Source: Pseudomonadota bacterium
Lineage (GTDB): Bacteria; Pseudomonadota; Gammaproteobacteria; Xanthomonadales; Rhodanobacteraceae
Reading direction: 5' to 3'
Assembly: GCA_023412995.1 (NCBI GenBank)
Contig: JAEZQS010000147.1
Span: forward strand, 1-43,153
DNA length: 43,153 nt
In this document: piece by piece, positions 8,949 to 17,789 of the stretch
How the letters are laid out: every line of letters starts with the position of its first letter
How positions within the stretch are numbered: position 1 is the stretch's first letter
Program-made: the position numbers and the translations under genes
The notes under the pieces: generated by a model
Seen by the model: the letters and a program-made list of their open reading frames with translations, nothing else
What the model was told of the DNA's origin: nothing
Database searches by the model: none

Positions 8949-9051
8949 CTATGGTCCCTGGCACCATGCGGGCTCCTGTCCACGGCGCACCGGGTCGAAA
9001 ATTGTCCCTGGCACCATTTTCCGCCATCGGAAATTGTCCCTAGCACCATTT
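8949..9051 (+). repeat. REP-like cluster: degenerate copy 8949-8969, copies 8999-9019 and 9031-9051
   Basis: AAATTGTCCCTGGCACCATTT and AAATTGTCCCTAGCACCATTT. Confidence 0.92.
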
Positions 9052-9080
9052 TGGTCTCCTGGGCGCGGGTGAGGGGGTGG

Positions 9081-9124
9081 GTGCCGGGGACGGGGATCCG
9101 CCTCGGTGGAGGGGTCTCCGGCAC
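9081..9124 (-). terminator. GC-rich hairpin downstream of the Cys-rich ORF
   Basis: GTGCCGGGGA...TCTCCGGCAC stem; no clear U-tract. Confidence 0.3.
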
Positions 9125-9133
9125 CTTCGCCGG

Positions 9134-9280
9134 TCAGCGGGAGTGGCAGTGGCAAGGGGCCGCGGTGCGGCAGCCGCAGGCGCAGGCCGGCGTACTCGCC
9201 GGGGTGGCCTGGCAGCCGCAGTGGCAGGGGATCGCGCACTGGGCGCAGGTGCAGGGAACGGCGTGGGTCTGGGCGTTCAT
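9134..9280 (-). CDS. Small Cys/His-rich metallothionein-like protein (48 aa)
   Basis: MNAQTHAVPCTCAQCAIPCHCGCQATPASTPACACGCRTAAPCHCHSR; 11 Cys, 4 His; RBS GAGG. Confidence 0.7.
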   Translation of the reverse strand: MNAQTHAVPCTCAQCAIPCHCGCQATPASTPACACGCRTAAPCHCHSR

Positions 9281-9412
9281 GGGGATTCCTCGGTAGTTGG
9301 GGGTACGGACCTTGATCCGTGGCGCCATTCTCGCGAGCATCGCGGGGCATCGCTTGAACGGAACGGCTGACTTCGACGCATGCCAGCAGCGGAATGCCCG
9401 GGGTCGCCGGTC

Positions 9413-10204
9413 ATGATCGCTTCGCGCGATCGTTCGACGCGCAGTGTGCTCGGCGTCGGCCGTGTGGTGATGTGGAAGGGTGGCAGCGCGTGGGTCGGGC
9501 GGGAGACCGGCGAGGCGCTGGCGCACCGCCACCACGCCATGCAGGTGACGCTGGGTACGCGACCGTTCCGCATCCGCTCCGCGGGCGAGCGGGACTGGCT
9601 CGAGGCATGTGCCGCCATCGTCATGCCCGATCGGCCGCACCTGTTCGACGGCTGCGGACATGCGGTGGCGATGGTGTTCGTCGAGCCGGAGACCCAGGCC
9701 GGCCGCGCGCTGCTCGCGCGCTTCGGTGATCGCGACCTGAGCCTCCTTGATGATCCCGCTCTGGGCGCGTGCACCATCGCGCTGCACGAGGCATTCCAGT
9801 CCCGCGATACCGACGCGGCCCTGGTCGATGCCGCGCAGCGCGTAGTCAGCCAGCTGGCCGGTGGGGACGCCCACGGACAGGCGGTGGTGGATGCACGCAT
9901 CCTTGCCGTGCTCGATCGCATCCGCAACGCCCCTGCCGTGCCCATCGACCTGGCAACGGCAGCCGCGATCGCGCACCTTTCACCCAGCCGTTTCCGCCAC
10001 CTCTTCGTGGCGCAGACCGGTATTTCCTTCCGCGCCTACCTCCTGTGGGCACGCGTGGGTTTCGCCGTCACGCGCGGAATGGCGGGATCCTCCTGGACGG
10101 ACGCCGCGCAGGAGGCCGGTTTCGCCGACTCCGCCCACCTCAGCCGGACCTGCCGCCGCATGTTCGGCATCGCGCCCTCCATGCTGCTGCCAGAATCCAC
10201 CTGA
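9413..10204 (+). CDS. AraC family transcriptional regulator (start could be 9380)
   Basis: N-terminal H.HHAMQ cupin-like motif; LSPSRFRHLF..AGFADSAHLSRTCRRMFG. Confidence 0.92.
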   Translation: MIASRDRSTRSVLGVGRVVMWKGGSAWVGRETGEALAHRHHAMQVTLGTRPFRIRSAGERDWLEACAAIVMPDRPHLFDGCGHAVAMVFVEPETQAGRALLARFGDRDLSLLDDPALGACTIALHEAFQSRDTDAALVDAAQRVVSQLAGGDAHGQAVVDARILAVLDRIRNAPAVPIDLATAAAIAHLSPSRFRHLFVAQTGISFRAYLLWARVGFAVTRGMAGSSWTDAAQEAGFADSAHLSRTCRRMFGIAPSMLLPEST

Positions 10205-10328
10205 CGCACGCGGTCCCGACGCGCTGGCATCCCCGACACCCGGCGAGGTTCGCCGCCACGCCGGCCGCTCCGGGAAGGCACCGGTTGCGCACGGTGCAAG
10301 GGCGGGTAGCGCCGGCGCCCTGCGCGTG

Positions 10329-11441
10329 TCAGCCGCCGGTGGCCAGCGGCCGCACGTACTCCAGCAGGCTCACGAGCATCTTTCCCGGTTCTTCCCACGG
10401 GATCATGTGCGCGGAGCGCTCGAACCAGATGCCCTTCGCATACGGCGCACGCACCTTCGCCAGCCACTGGGCAGTCGGCGCGGAGGGGGTGGTGTAGTCG
10501 TGCCGACCCATGAACATCAGCACCGGGATGGGGAAATCCGTGACGTGCTTGAAGTCGACCTGCAGGAACTCGGGCAGGACGCGGCCGAGGGTGAAGGCGT
10601 TGCCCTCGTCGATTGCCCGCATCGCCTCGCAGTCATAGGCGGGCGACAGCAGCGCGGCATCGAAGTAGTACCTGGCGGCGCCATCGCGGAACGCACTCAG
10701 GCCGCCGTAGAACTGCGGCCACCTGCGCGCGATGATGATGCGCTCCCGCGTGATGGGCTCGTCGCCAGGGTAGGGTGCAATGGACTCGAGTTCGCCAACC
10801 GCCTCGCGATTGCCGTGTTCGCGCGCCTGGTCGAGCCCGTACTGGAAGCTGATGCGTTCGTTGTCGCGGGTGTTGATCACCTGGCCGATGCCGACGTAGG
10901 CATGGAACAGGTCCGGACGCTTCAGCGCGGCCTTCATGGCGATGATCGTGCCCCAGCTGTGCCCCATCAGGACGAGCTTGCGCTGGTCGTAGCGATTGCG
11001 CAGGAGCTCGGCCATCGCGATGGCATCGTCGACGTAGCGCGCGATGTGCAGGGTGTCGGCCACCGCGTCCGGATCGTTGGCGAGCCAGGTGCGGCCGGCA
11101 CCGCGCTGGTCGTAGGTGGCGACCGTGAAGTACTCCTCGATGGGCCGCTGGAACTCCCACATGGCAGGCATCAGGGGCGAGGCCGGACCGCCATGCACGA
11201 ACAGGATGAGCGGATTGGCCCGGTCCTGCCCGCGCACCGAAACCCACTGGTCGATGCCGCCGACATGCGCCTTGAAGGTTTCCTGGATGCCGCCCGGCGC
11301 GACGATGCGCTGCAGGTCGGCGACGACGGCGCGCGCCTTGTCGTAGGACGCGCCTTCCGGGCAGTCCGGCGCGGCCGCATTGGCGACGGCGCTGGCGGTA
11401 CCGGCAACGAGCAGCAGCAGGGTGATGGCGACGGATTTCAT
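10329..11441 (-). CDS. Secreted alpha/beta hydrolase (proline iminopeptidase-like)
   Basis: Signal peptide; HGGP, DQRGAG, GHSWG nucleophile, GRHD, SAH; RBS GAGGAG. Confidence 0.9.
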   Translation of the reverse strand: MKSVAITLLLLVAGTASAVANAAAPDCPEGASYDKARAVVADLQRIVAPGGIQETFKAHVGGIDQWVSVRGQDRANPLILFVHGGPASPLMPAMWEFQRPIEEYFTVATYDQRGAGRTWLANDPDAVADTLHIARYVDDAIAMAELLRNRYDQRKLVLMGHSWGTIIAMKAALKRPDLFHAYVGIGQVINTRDNERISFQYGLDQAREHGNREAVGELESIAPYPGDEPITRERIIIARRWPQFYGGLSAFRDGAARYYFDAALLSPAYDCEAMRAIDEGNAFTLGRVLPEFLQVDFKHVTDFPIPVLMFMGRHDYTTPSAPTAQWLAKVRAPYAKGIWFERSAHMIPWEEPGKMLVSLLEYVRPLATGG

Positions 11442-11598
11442 GCAGGACACTCCTCGTGGCGCGGGCCGGCGGTCTTGCATCGGCATGCGGCGGATCGATG
11501 GAATGGTACCCGAGCGCCGATTGCATCCGGCGCGGCGCGCGTGCACAGTCCGCGCAGCGCCGCTGCAACTCCCTTCAGTGCACACGGTGGGCCACGCC

Positions 11599-12165
11599 AT
11601 GCAGGCATTCCCGCGAAAGCCATTGGAAAGAGGAACGCAGCGCCGGTTTGTCTGGGGCGGCGCGGCGTGCCTGCTGCTGGCTCCCGCCATCGCGATGCGC
11701 TTCACCCGCGAGGTCGACTGGAACGCGGGCGACTTCCTCGTGATGGGCGCGATGCTGGCCTCCGCGTGCGGCCTGTGGGATCTTGCCACCCGCTTCAACG
11801 GCAATCGCGCCTACCGCGGTGCCGTCGCGGTGGCGGTGGTGGGTGCGTTCCTGATGACGTGGATCAACCTTGCCGTCGGCATCATCGGCAACGAACACGA
11901 TCCGCTGAACGGGCTGTTCTTCGGCGTGCTGCTCGTGGGCCTGGCCGGCGCCTCGCTGGCCCGGTTCCGCGCGGCCGGCATGGCGCGCGCGATGCTCGCC
12001 ATGGCGGTGGCGCAGGGCGCAATGGCCGCGCTCACGCTGGCCGTCCGCGGCGGGACCTTCCTCCTGTCGGTGTTCTTCGCGGCCGCCTGGCTGCTGTCGG
12101 CGGCGTTGTTCCGCAGCGCCGCGGCCGGCGAGGGCGGCCGGACGGATGGTGCGACGCCGGCCTGA
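11599..12165 (+). CDS. Hypothetical membrane protein
   Basis: AMRFTREVDW..DF, WINLAVGIIG; about 6 TM segments. Confidence 0.75.
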   Translation: MQAFPRKPLERGTQRRFVWGGAACLLLAPAIAMRFTREVDWNAGDFLVMGAMLASACGLWDLATRFNGNRAYRGAVAVAVVGAFLMTWINLAVGIIGNEHDPLNGLFFGVLLVGLAGASLARFRAAGMARAMLAMAVAQGAMAALTLAVRGGTFLLSVFFAAAWLLSAALFRSAAAGEGGRTDGATPA

Positions 12166-12208
12166 GCGGCCGCATCGAACGACCCACGATCCTTCCGCAC
12201 GGCAAGCC

Positions 12209-12973
12209 TCACTGCAGGATGTCGCGCGCCCCGAGGAACGTCCCACCGCGCGCGGCGACCGCCTCGACGACGGCCTGGGTGCGGGCGGCGGCATGGCGCA
12301 CGGCATCCTCGAGTGGCTGCCCCGCCACCAGTGCCGCCGCCAGCGTCGCGGCAAAGAGGTCGCCGGTTCCCTTCGGTTCCAGTGCGCAGCGCGGATGGGC
12401 ATGGCGGCCGGGCTCCGCGTGGCCTGCCTGCCACAGCTCCAGTTCGATGCGGGCGTCGTCCAGTACGGCGCTGGTCACCACGCTGGCGATGCGTGCCATG
12501 TTGCCTGGCGCCAGGCCAACGCGGGCGAGTTCCCCCGCTTCCCACGCGTTCGGCGTCGCCACGTCGGCGAGCCTCGGCAGCCAGTGGGCATAGAGCGCGG
12601 GGATCGCCGCGTCCACGTACAGGCCGACATCGCGGTCGCCCATTACCGGATCCACCACCACCAGCGGACGCTTGCGCAGCCCGGCTACCCACGCCAGGCA
12701 CGCCTCGGCCACTTCCGCAGTGCCGAGGTAGCCGAGCACGATCGCCGACGCCTGCCCTGGCGCGCCGCGTTCCTCCAGCCCCTGCAGCAGGCCGCGCAGG
12801 TGCGGTAGCGGCAGCGGACCACCGTGCACCGTGTCGAGGTGCGGAAGGTTGGAGAGGATCACGGTGGGAACCTCGACCACGCCGATGCCGGCGCGCGCGA
12901 ACGCATAGCGCGCCACCGTGTTGCCCACCGCGCCGACGCAGACCTGCGACTGGATCGAGATGACCGACGTCAC
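12209..12973 (-). CDS. pdxK: Pyridoxal/pyridoxine kinase (PdxK/PdxY family)
   Basis: SIQSQV..GAVGN, LGYLG, VDPVMGD, TPNAWE, GTGDLF; GTG start overlapping the MOSC stop. Confidence 0.85.
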   Translation of the reverse strand: MTSVISIQSQVCVGAVGNTVARYAFARAGIGVVEVPTVILSNLPHLDTVHGGPLPLPHLRGLLQGLEERGAPGQASAIVLGYLGTAEVAEACLAWVAGLRKRPLVVVDPVMGDRDVGLYVDAAIPALYAHWLPRLADVATPNAWEAGELARVGLAPGNMARIASVVTSAVLDDARIELELWQAGHAEPGRHAHPRCALEPKGTGDLFAATLAAALVAGQPLEDAVRHAAARTQAVVEAVAARGGTFLGARDILQ

Positions 12974-13689
12974 GGTGCGGCGCCATCCACCGGCGGCCCA
13001 TCGAGCCGCTTGCCCCAGTGTTCCACCGCCGCGGTTTCGATGCGGCGGCGCAGGAGCTTCAGCCAGGAAGGCGGCAGCGGCAACGCGGCAGCCGCTTCGA
13101 GCAGGACGGGATCGAGCACGCGGTCGAACAGCACGCCGAGCAGGCGGCTGAGCGGCCAGTCCGGCCAGGGCCGTTCGACGATCGCCATGCGATCGCCGCG
13201 ACGCAGTTCGCCCTCCGACAGCACGCGGTAATACCAGCCGGTGCGACCGGTCGACTGCACCTGGCGCGCCATCGCGGGTTCGGCGAAGCGGTCGTTGAGT
13301 TTCCAGCAGGGCTGGCGTGCCTGCGAGACCTCGAGCAGCGTGCTTCCGACCGTCACCACGTCGCCGAGGCAGATGTTGCGCTCGGTCCAGCCAAGGGTGG
13401 AAAGGTTCTCGCCGAAGGCTCCCGGCTGCTCCAGTGCGCTGCGCCCCGGCAGTTCCCTGCGCCAGGCCGCGTAGTGCTCCCAGGCGTACTGGTGCACGGC
13501 CTTGTCGGGCCCGCCGTGCACGCGCGGGTCGCCCTGCTCGTCGCCTGCAAGCCCGTTGGGGGTCACGCGCACCGGGCCCTCGAGCGGCTTCTTGTCGATG
13601 CCGCTGCGGGTGCCCGGACGCGTGTAGGGCACCGCCCGTCCGAGCAGCACCGAACGAAGCGGCGTGGGTGGCGGAACCGGGATGGCCAT
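12970..13689 (-). CDS. MOSC domain protein (YiiM-like) with 3-alpha tail
   Basis: GDEQGD.RVHGGPDKAVH, GAFGENL, RQPCWKL, GRTGWYYRVL. Confidence 0.92.
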   Translation of the reverse strand: MAIPVPPPTPLRSVLLGRAVPYTRPGTRSGIDKKPLEGPVRVTPNGLAGDEQGDPRVHGGPDKAVHQYAWEHYAAWRRELPGRSALEQPGAFGENLSTLGWTERNICLGDVVTVGSTLLEVSQARQPCWKLNDRFAEPAMARQVQSTGRTGWYYRVLSEGELRRGDRMAIVERPWPDWPLSRLLGVLFDRVLDPVLLEAAAALPLPPSWLKLLRRRIETAAVEHWGKRLDGPPVDGAAP

Positions 13690-13720
13690 TGCACGACTGT
13701 ACGCCCGTGCGGCTTACGGG

Positions 13721-14137
13721 TCAGGTGTCGCGCAGGGCCGCGCAGTGGCGGGCGTAGTTGTCGAGGATCGCCTGCCAGCCCTGGCGCTGCATCGCGGCCG
13801 GGTTCGCCGTTTCGGCGTCGAACACGACCCGGACGCGCACGCCGCCGGCGTCGGGTGCGAAGTGCACCGCCACCTCGCGACCGTCCGCCATGCGGTACTC
13901 GATCAGTTCGTGCGGCACTACGCGGGTATAGGTGCCCTCGAAATCGAAGCCCGCGCTGCCGTCCTTCGCTTCCATCCGGGTGCGGAAGCTGCCGCCCTCG
14001 CGCAGGTCCACTTCGCTCGTAGGCGAGTGCCAGTCGGGGGACGCCGCATTCCAGCGGACGATGTCATCCGGATTGCTGTAGGCCGACCAGGCCGTCAGGA
14101 GGTCGGTGGCGGCCAATGTCTCGACCACGATCTTCAT
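13721..14137 (-). CDS. SRPBCC/AHSA1 family protein
   Basis: WNAASPDWH..DLREGG.F..RMEAKDGS.GFDF..QRQGWQAILDN; RBS GAGGAG. Confidence 0.9.
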   Translation of the reverse strand: MKIVVETLAATDLLTAWSAYSNPDDIVRWNAASPDWHSPTSEVDLREGGSFRTRMEAKDGSAGFDFEGTYTRVVPHELIEYRMADGREVAVHFAPDAGGVRVRVVFDAETANPAAMQRQGWQAILDNYARHCAALRDT

Positions 14138-14315
14138 GGTGCGACTCCTCTTTCGCCGGGGATGGCCACCAAGCGACGAACAGGGCCGCGCCGGATCGAC
14201 AGCAGGGCAGGGCGGGCCCATGGCTCCGTCGCGCCGCATCCCCTGCTGCGCTTTCCGGCGCAGATCCGGCCGCGACCGCGCCGGCCGCGGCGGAAGGATT
14301 CCGGTGGTGCCCGGA

Positions 14316-14329
14316 TTGACGCAGGTCAA
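14316..14329. promoter_or_regulatory. FNR/DNR/NnrR-type (Crp-Fnr family) box
   Basis: TTGAC-GCAG-GTCAA, matching the TTGAY-N4-RTCAA pattern, ending about 57 nt before the operon start. Confidence 0.8.
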
Positions 14330-14386
14330 GGCGGCGGACACCCGTTTGGCCCAAAAGTCGCGCCGTTGCAACGCAAGGGGAAAGCG

Positions 14387-14542
14387 ATGAGCAACCTGCA
14401 CGAAGACAACGAACCGGTGCCGGCAATCCAGCGGCTGCTGGACAATCCTTTCCTGCTCCTGTTCGTGGGCGTGCTGATGCCCACGGTGATTTACATCCTG
14501 TGGGGCGTCATCGACATCCTGACGATTCCGCTGGCGAAGTGA
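14387..14542 (+). CDS. Small single-TM protein, first gene of the heme-copper operon (possible subunit IIa-like)
   Basis: MSNLHEDNEPVPAIQRLLDNPFLLLFVGVLMPTVIYILWGVIDILTIPLAK; purine-rich RBS. Confidence 0.75.
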   Translation: MSNLHEDNEPVPAIQRLLDNPFLLLFVGVLMPTVIYILWGVIDILTIPLAK

Positions 14543-14580
14543 CCACTGCCCGCGCCGCGGGCGAAGAAGGGGAATGATCC

Positions 14581-15120
14581 ATGAGCGCCATCCTGCCGCC
14601 CGCAGAACGACTGTGGTGGAAGCACCCGCTCGACCGCGTCGAGGGGACCTGGATCACCATCGCATTCCTGTGGTGCATGGTGCTGTTCTTCATGATGGTC
14701 TACTGGCACGTCGAGGGCCGCCAGAACCTGTCCACCGAGACCTACAAGACCACCCCCGCGGCCTACAGCGCGAAGGCCGAGGCGATGGTGGCGCAGTGGA
14801 CGGTGCGCACGGAAACCGACATGCAGACGCCGGTGGTGGCCCCGCCGGCCGGCAGCGACATCTACCTCGTGGCGCGGCTGTGGAGCTTCTGGCCGATCCT
14901 GGAGCTGCAGAAGGACGCCACCTACCGCCTGCACCTGTCCTCGATGGACTACAACCACGGCTTCTCGCTGCAGCCGATCAACATCAACATCCAGATCGTT
15001 CCCGGCTACGAACACGTGGTCACCGTCACTCCGAACGAGCGCGGCGAGCTGGCGATCGTGTGCAACGAGTTCTGCGGCATGGGCCATCACATGATGGTCG
15101 GCCGCATCTACGTCAAGTAA
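14581..15120 (+). CDS. Heme-copper oxidase superfamily subunit II (single TM, CuA; B-family-like)
   Basis: NHGF...CNEFCGMGHHMM is a complete CuA ligand set. Confidence 0.92.
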   Translation: MSAILPPAERLWWKHPLDRVEGTWITIAFLWCMVLFFMMVYWHVEGRQNLSTETYKTTPAAYSAKAEAMVAQWTVRTETDMQTPVVAPPAGSDIYLVARLWSFWPILELQKDATYRLHLSSMDYNHGFSLQPININIQIVPGYEHVVTVTPNERGELAIVCNEFCGMGHHMMVGRIYVK

Positions 15121-15132
15121 AGGGAGCCGGCC

Positions 15133-16857
15133 ATGACCACGCTTGCAGTCACGGCGCCCCGTGGCGCCACCGTGTACCGCACCTGCCCGCGCTCGGGCCT
15201 GCAGTTCGAGAAGCATGCCGAGCGGCTCATCCTCGCCAATGCGGTCGCCGCCGTGGTGTTCCTGCTCATCGGCGGCCTGCTCGCCATCGGCATCGTGTTG
15301 ACGCGCTGGCCGGCCGTGCACTGGCTGGAAGCGCACACCTTCTACCAGGTGCTCACCGCGCACGGCCTGGACATGCTGGTGTTCTGGATCATCTTCTTCG
15401 AGATCGCCGTCCTCTACTTCTGCTCGTCCACGCTGCTGCGCTGCCGGCTGGCCACGCCGAGGCTGGCGTGGCTCGCGTTCGCGCTGATGCTGATCGGCGC
15501 CACCGTCAACAACATCGCGGTGTACCAGGGCGGGTCGAGCGTGATGATGACCTCCTACGTGCCGATGATGGCGGCGCCCTCGTTCTATCTCGGGCTGATC
15601 CTCTTCGCCGTGGGCGCGCTGGTCGCGATCTTCATCTTCTTCGGCACGCTGGTGATCGCCCGCGCCGATCGCACCTACACCGGCTCGGTTCCGCTGGTGA
15701 CCTTCGGCGCGATCACCGCGGCGATCATCGCGGTGTTCACCATCGCCTCGGGAGCGGCGATCCTGATCCCGACCTGGCTCTTGTCCCTGCACGTGATCGA
15801 GGCGGTGGATCCCCTGATCTACCGCACGGTCTGGTGGGCCTTCGGGCATTCCTCGCAGCAGATCAACGTGGCCGCGCACATCTCGATCTGGTACCTGGTG
15901 GCGGCGGTGGTGTTCGGCGCCCGCCCGATGTCCGAGCGGGTCAGCCGTGGCGCGTTCCTGCTCTACATCTTCTTCCTGCAGCTGGCCAGCGCCCACCACC
16001 TCCTGGCCGATCCCGGCATGAGCACCGAGTGGAAGGTCGTCAACACGAGCTACTTCATGTACTTCGCCGTGCTGGCCTCGATGATCCATGGCCTGACCAT
16101 CCCGGGCGCTATGGAAGTGGCGCAGCGGCAGAAGGGCTACACGCGCGGGCTGTTCGAATGGTTGCGCAAGGCGCCGTGGGGCAACCCGGTGTTTTCCGGC
16201 GTCTTCATCTCGCTCATCGGCTTCGGATTCCTCGGCGGCATTTCCGGCGTGATGATGGGCACCGAACAGCTCAACATGATCATCCACAACACGATCTACG
16301 TTCCCGGGCACTTCCATGCCACGGTCGTGATCGGCACGACGCTGTCGTTCATGGCGCTGACCTACTACCTCATTCCGACGCTGTTCCGGCGCCAGATGAT
16401 CAACCCGGGCCTCGCGCGCATCCAGCCGTACCTGTTCGGCCTGTCGATGTACTTCTTCTGCCTGCTGATGATGGGGGCCGGCACGCTCGGCGTGCCGCGC
16501 CGGCACTGGGACATGGAATTCAACGGCGTGGCACTGGCCTACGAGTGGCCGGGCGCCGCGTATCTGATGATGGGACTGGTGGGCATTGCCGGACTATGCG
16601 CGATCCTCGGCGGCGCCTTCTACATCTACATCACGGTCGGTTCGCTGCTGTGGGGCAAGCGCCTGGACAGCGGCGCGCGTGAAGCCGTGCCGACGCCGAT
16701 CCCGCCTACCTCGCCGGCGGCACCGGTGCAGGCCTACGGTTCGATGGGGTTTGCGGCGCCGGGGACGTTCGCGCTGGCGATGGTGTTCCTGGTGGCATTC
16801 GCCCTCTATTACTTCGTCAACTGGAAATACCTGTCCACCCTCTGGCTGCTGAGCTGA
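15133..16857 (+). CDS. Heme-copper superfamily subunit I, eNOR-type nitric oxide reductase
   Basis: TAHG, WAFGHSSQQ (Gln at the H-x3-Y position), AHH, GHFH, PRR. Confidence 0.8.
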   Translation: MTTLAVTAPRGATVYRTCPRSGLQFEKHAERLILANAVAAVVFLLIGGLLAIGIVLTRWPAVHWLEAHTFYQVLTAHGLDMLVFWIIFFEIAVLYFCSSTLLRCRLATPRLAWLAFALMLIGATVNNIAVYQGGSSVMMTSYVPMMAAPSFYLGLILFAVGALVAIFIFFGTLVIARADRTYTGSVPLVTFGAITAAIIAVFTIASGAAILIPTWLLSLHVIEAVDPLIYRTVWWAFGHSSQQINVAAHISIWYLVAAVVFGARPMSERVSRGAFLLYIFFLQLASAHHLLADPGMSTEWKVVNTSYFMYFAVLASMIHGLTIPGAMEVAQRQKGYTRGLFEWLRKAPWGNPVFSGVFISLIGFGFLGGISGVMMGTEQLNMIIHNTIYVPGHFHATVVIGTTLSFMALTYYLIPTLFRRQMINPGLARIQPYLFGLSMYFFCLLMMGAGTLGVPRRHWDMEFNGVALAYEWPGAAYLMMGLVGIAGLCAILGGAFYIYITVGSLLWGKRLDSGAREAVPTPIPPTSPAAPVQAYGSMGFAAPGTFALAMVFLVAFALYYFVNWKYLSTLWLLS

Positions 16858-16871
16858 GGCGGGAGGCTGCC

Positions 16872-17789
16872 ATGAGTCGCCCGCTGCAGTCCGCCATGCC
16901 CACCCGGCGCGCGGCGCCGTCCGCCTGGGCCATGGCACGCACTGTGCTCGGCCTGTTCAAGCTGCGCATCGGCATGCTGATCATGCTGACGGCGCTGGTG
17001 GGAGCCGCCATCACGCCTGGGCCGGCGCTGGGGCCTGCCCGCTACCTCGTGCTGGCGCTCTCGGTGCTGGTGGCGTCGGCCAGTGCCGGGGCGTTCAACC
17101 AGTACCACGAGCGCGGCTCGGATCGTCTGATGGCGCGCACGCGCCAGCGCGCCTTCGCCACCGGTGCGGTGCGGGCCTCGCCCGCGTGGCTGCTGCTGGC
17201 CGCAGCCCTGCTCGCGGCGGCGGTGGCGGCAGCCTGTCTGGTGCTCAATCCCGCCAGTGCGGCGTTTGTCTTCCTCGGAGCCTTCTTCTACGCCATCGTC
17301 TACACCGTCTGGCTGAAACGCCGCACGCGCTGGAACATCGTCGTCGGCGGACTCGCCGGCAGCTTTGCCGTCCTTGCCGGAGGTTGCGCGGTGGCGCCGG
17401 TGCCTTCGGCGCTGCCGCTGCTGCTGGCGCTGGTGCTGTTCCTGTGGACGCCGCCGCATTTCTGGGCGCTGGCCATCGCCTGCCGCGACGACTACCGCGC
17501 CGCCGGCATTCCCATGCTGCCCGTGGTCGCCGGCAATGCCGCCGCCGCCCGCGCGGTACTCGCTTCCACCCTCGCCCTGCTGCTGGTGTCCCTGCTGCCG
17601 CTGGCATGTGGCGCGGGTCCGGTTTACGGCGTCGGCGCCCTTGCGGGAGGCAGCCTGTTCGTCGCCAGGGCCGTGGCGCTGGTGCGCACGCCCGATGACC
17701 GGCGCGTCGCGACAGCGTGCTTCTTCGCCTCGCTGGTGCAGCTCAGCGTGCTGCTGCTGGCGGCCACCCTGGACGCGATGGCGGGATGA
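16872..17789 (+). CDS. ctaB: Protoheme IX farnesyltransferase (heme O synthase)
   Basis: KLRI, AFNQY..D.LMARTRQR, YTVWLKRRT, LWTPPHFWALA..DDY..AGIPMLP. Confidence 0.92.
   Translation: MSRPLQSAMPTRRAAPSAWAMARTVLGLFKLRIGMLIMLTALVGAAITPGPALGPARYLVLALSVLVASASAGAFNQYHERGSDRLMARTRQRAFATGAVRASPAWLLLAAALLAAAVAAACLVLNPASAAFVFLGAFFYAIVYTVWLKRRTRWNIVVGGLAGSFAVLAGGCAVAPVPSALPLLLALVLFLWTPPHFWALAIACRDDYRAAGIPMLPVVAGNAAAARAVLASTLALLLVSLLPLACGAGPVYGVGALAGGSLFVARAVALVRTPDDRRVATACFFASLVQLSVLLLAATLDAMAG

Noticed and set aside
882..9051. Classical integron with attC sites
   Set aside because: Repeats lack RYYYAAC/GTTRRRY ends, are too short and occur in both orientations; no intI is seen.
15133..16857. aa3/ba3/cbb3 oxygen reductase, or cNOR/qNOR
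   Set aside because: There is no helix VI Tyr, and the partner is a CuA subunit rather than a c-type cytochrome or fused quinol domain.
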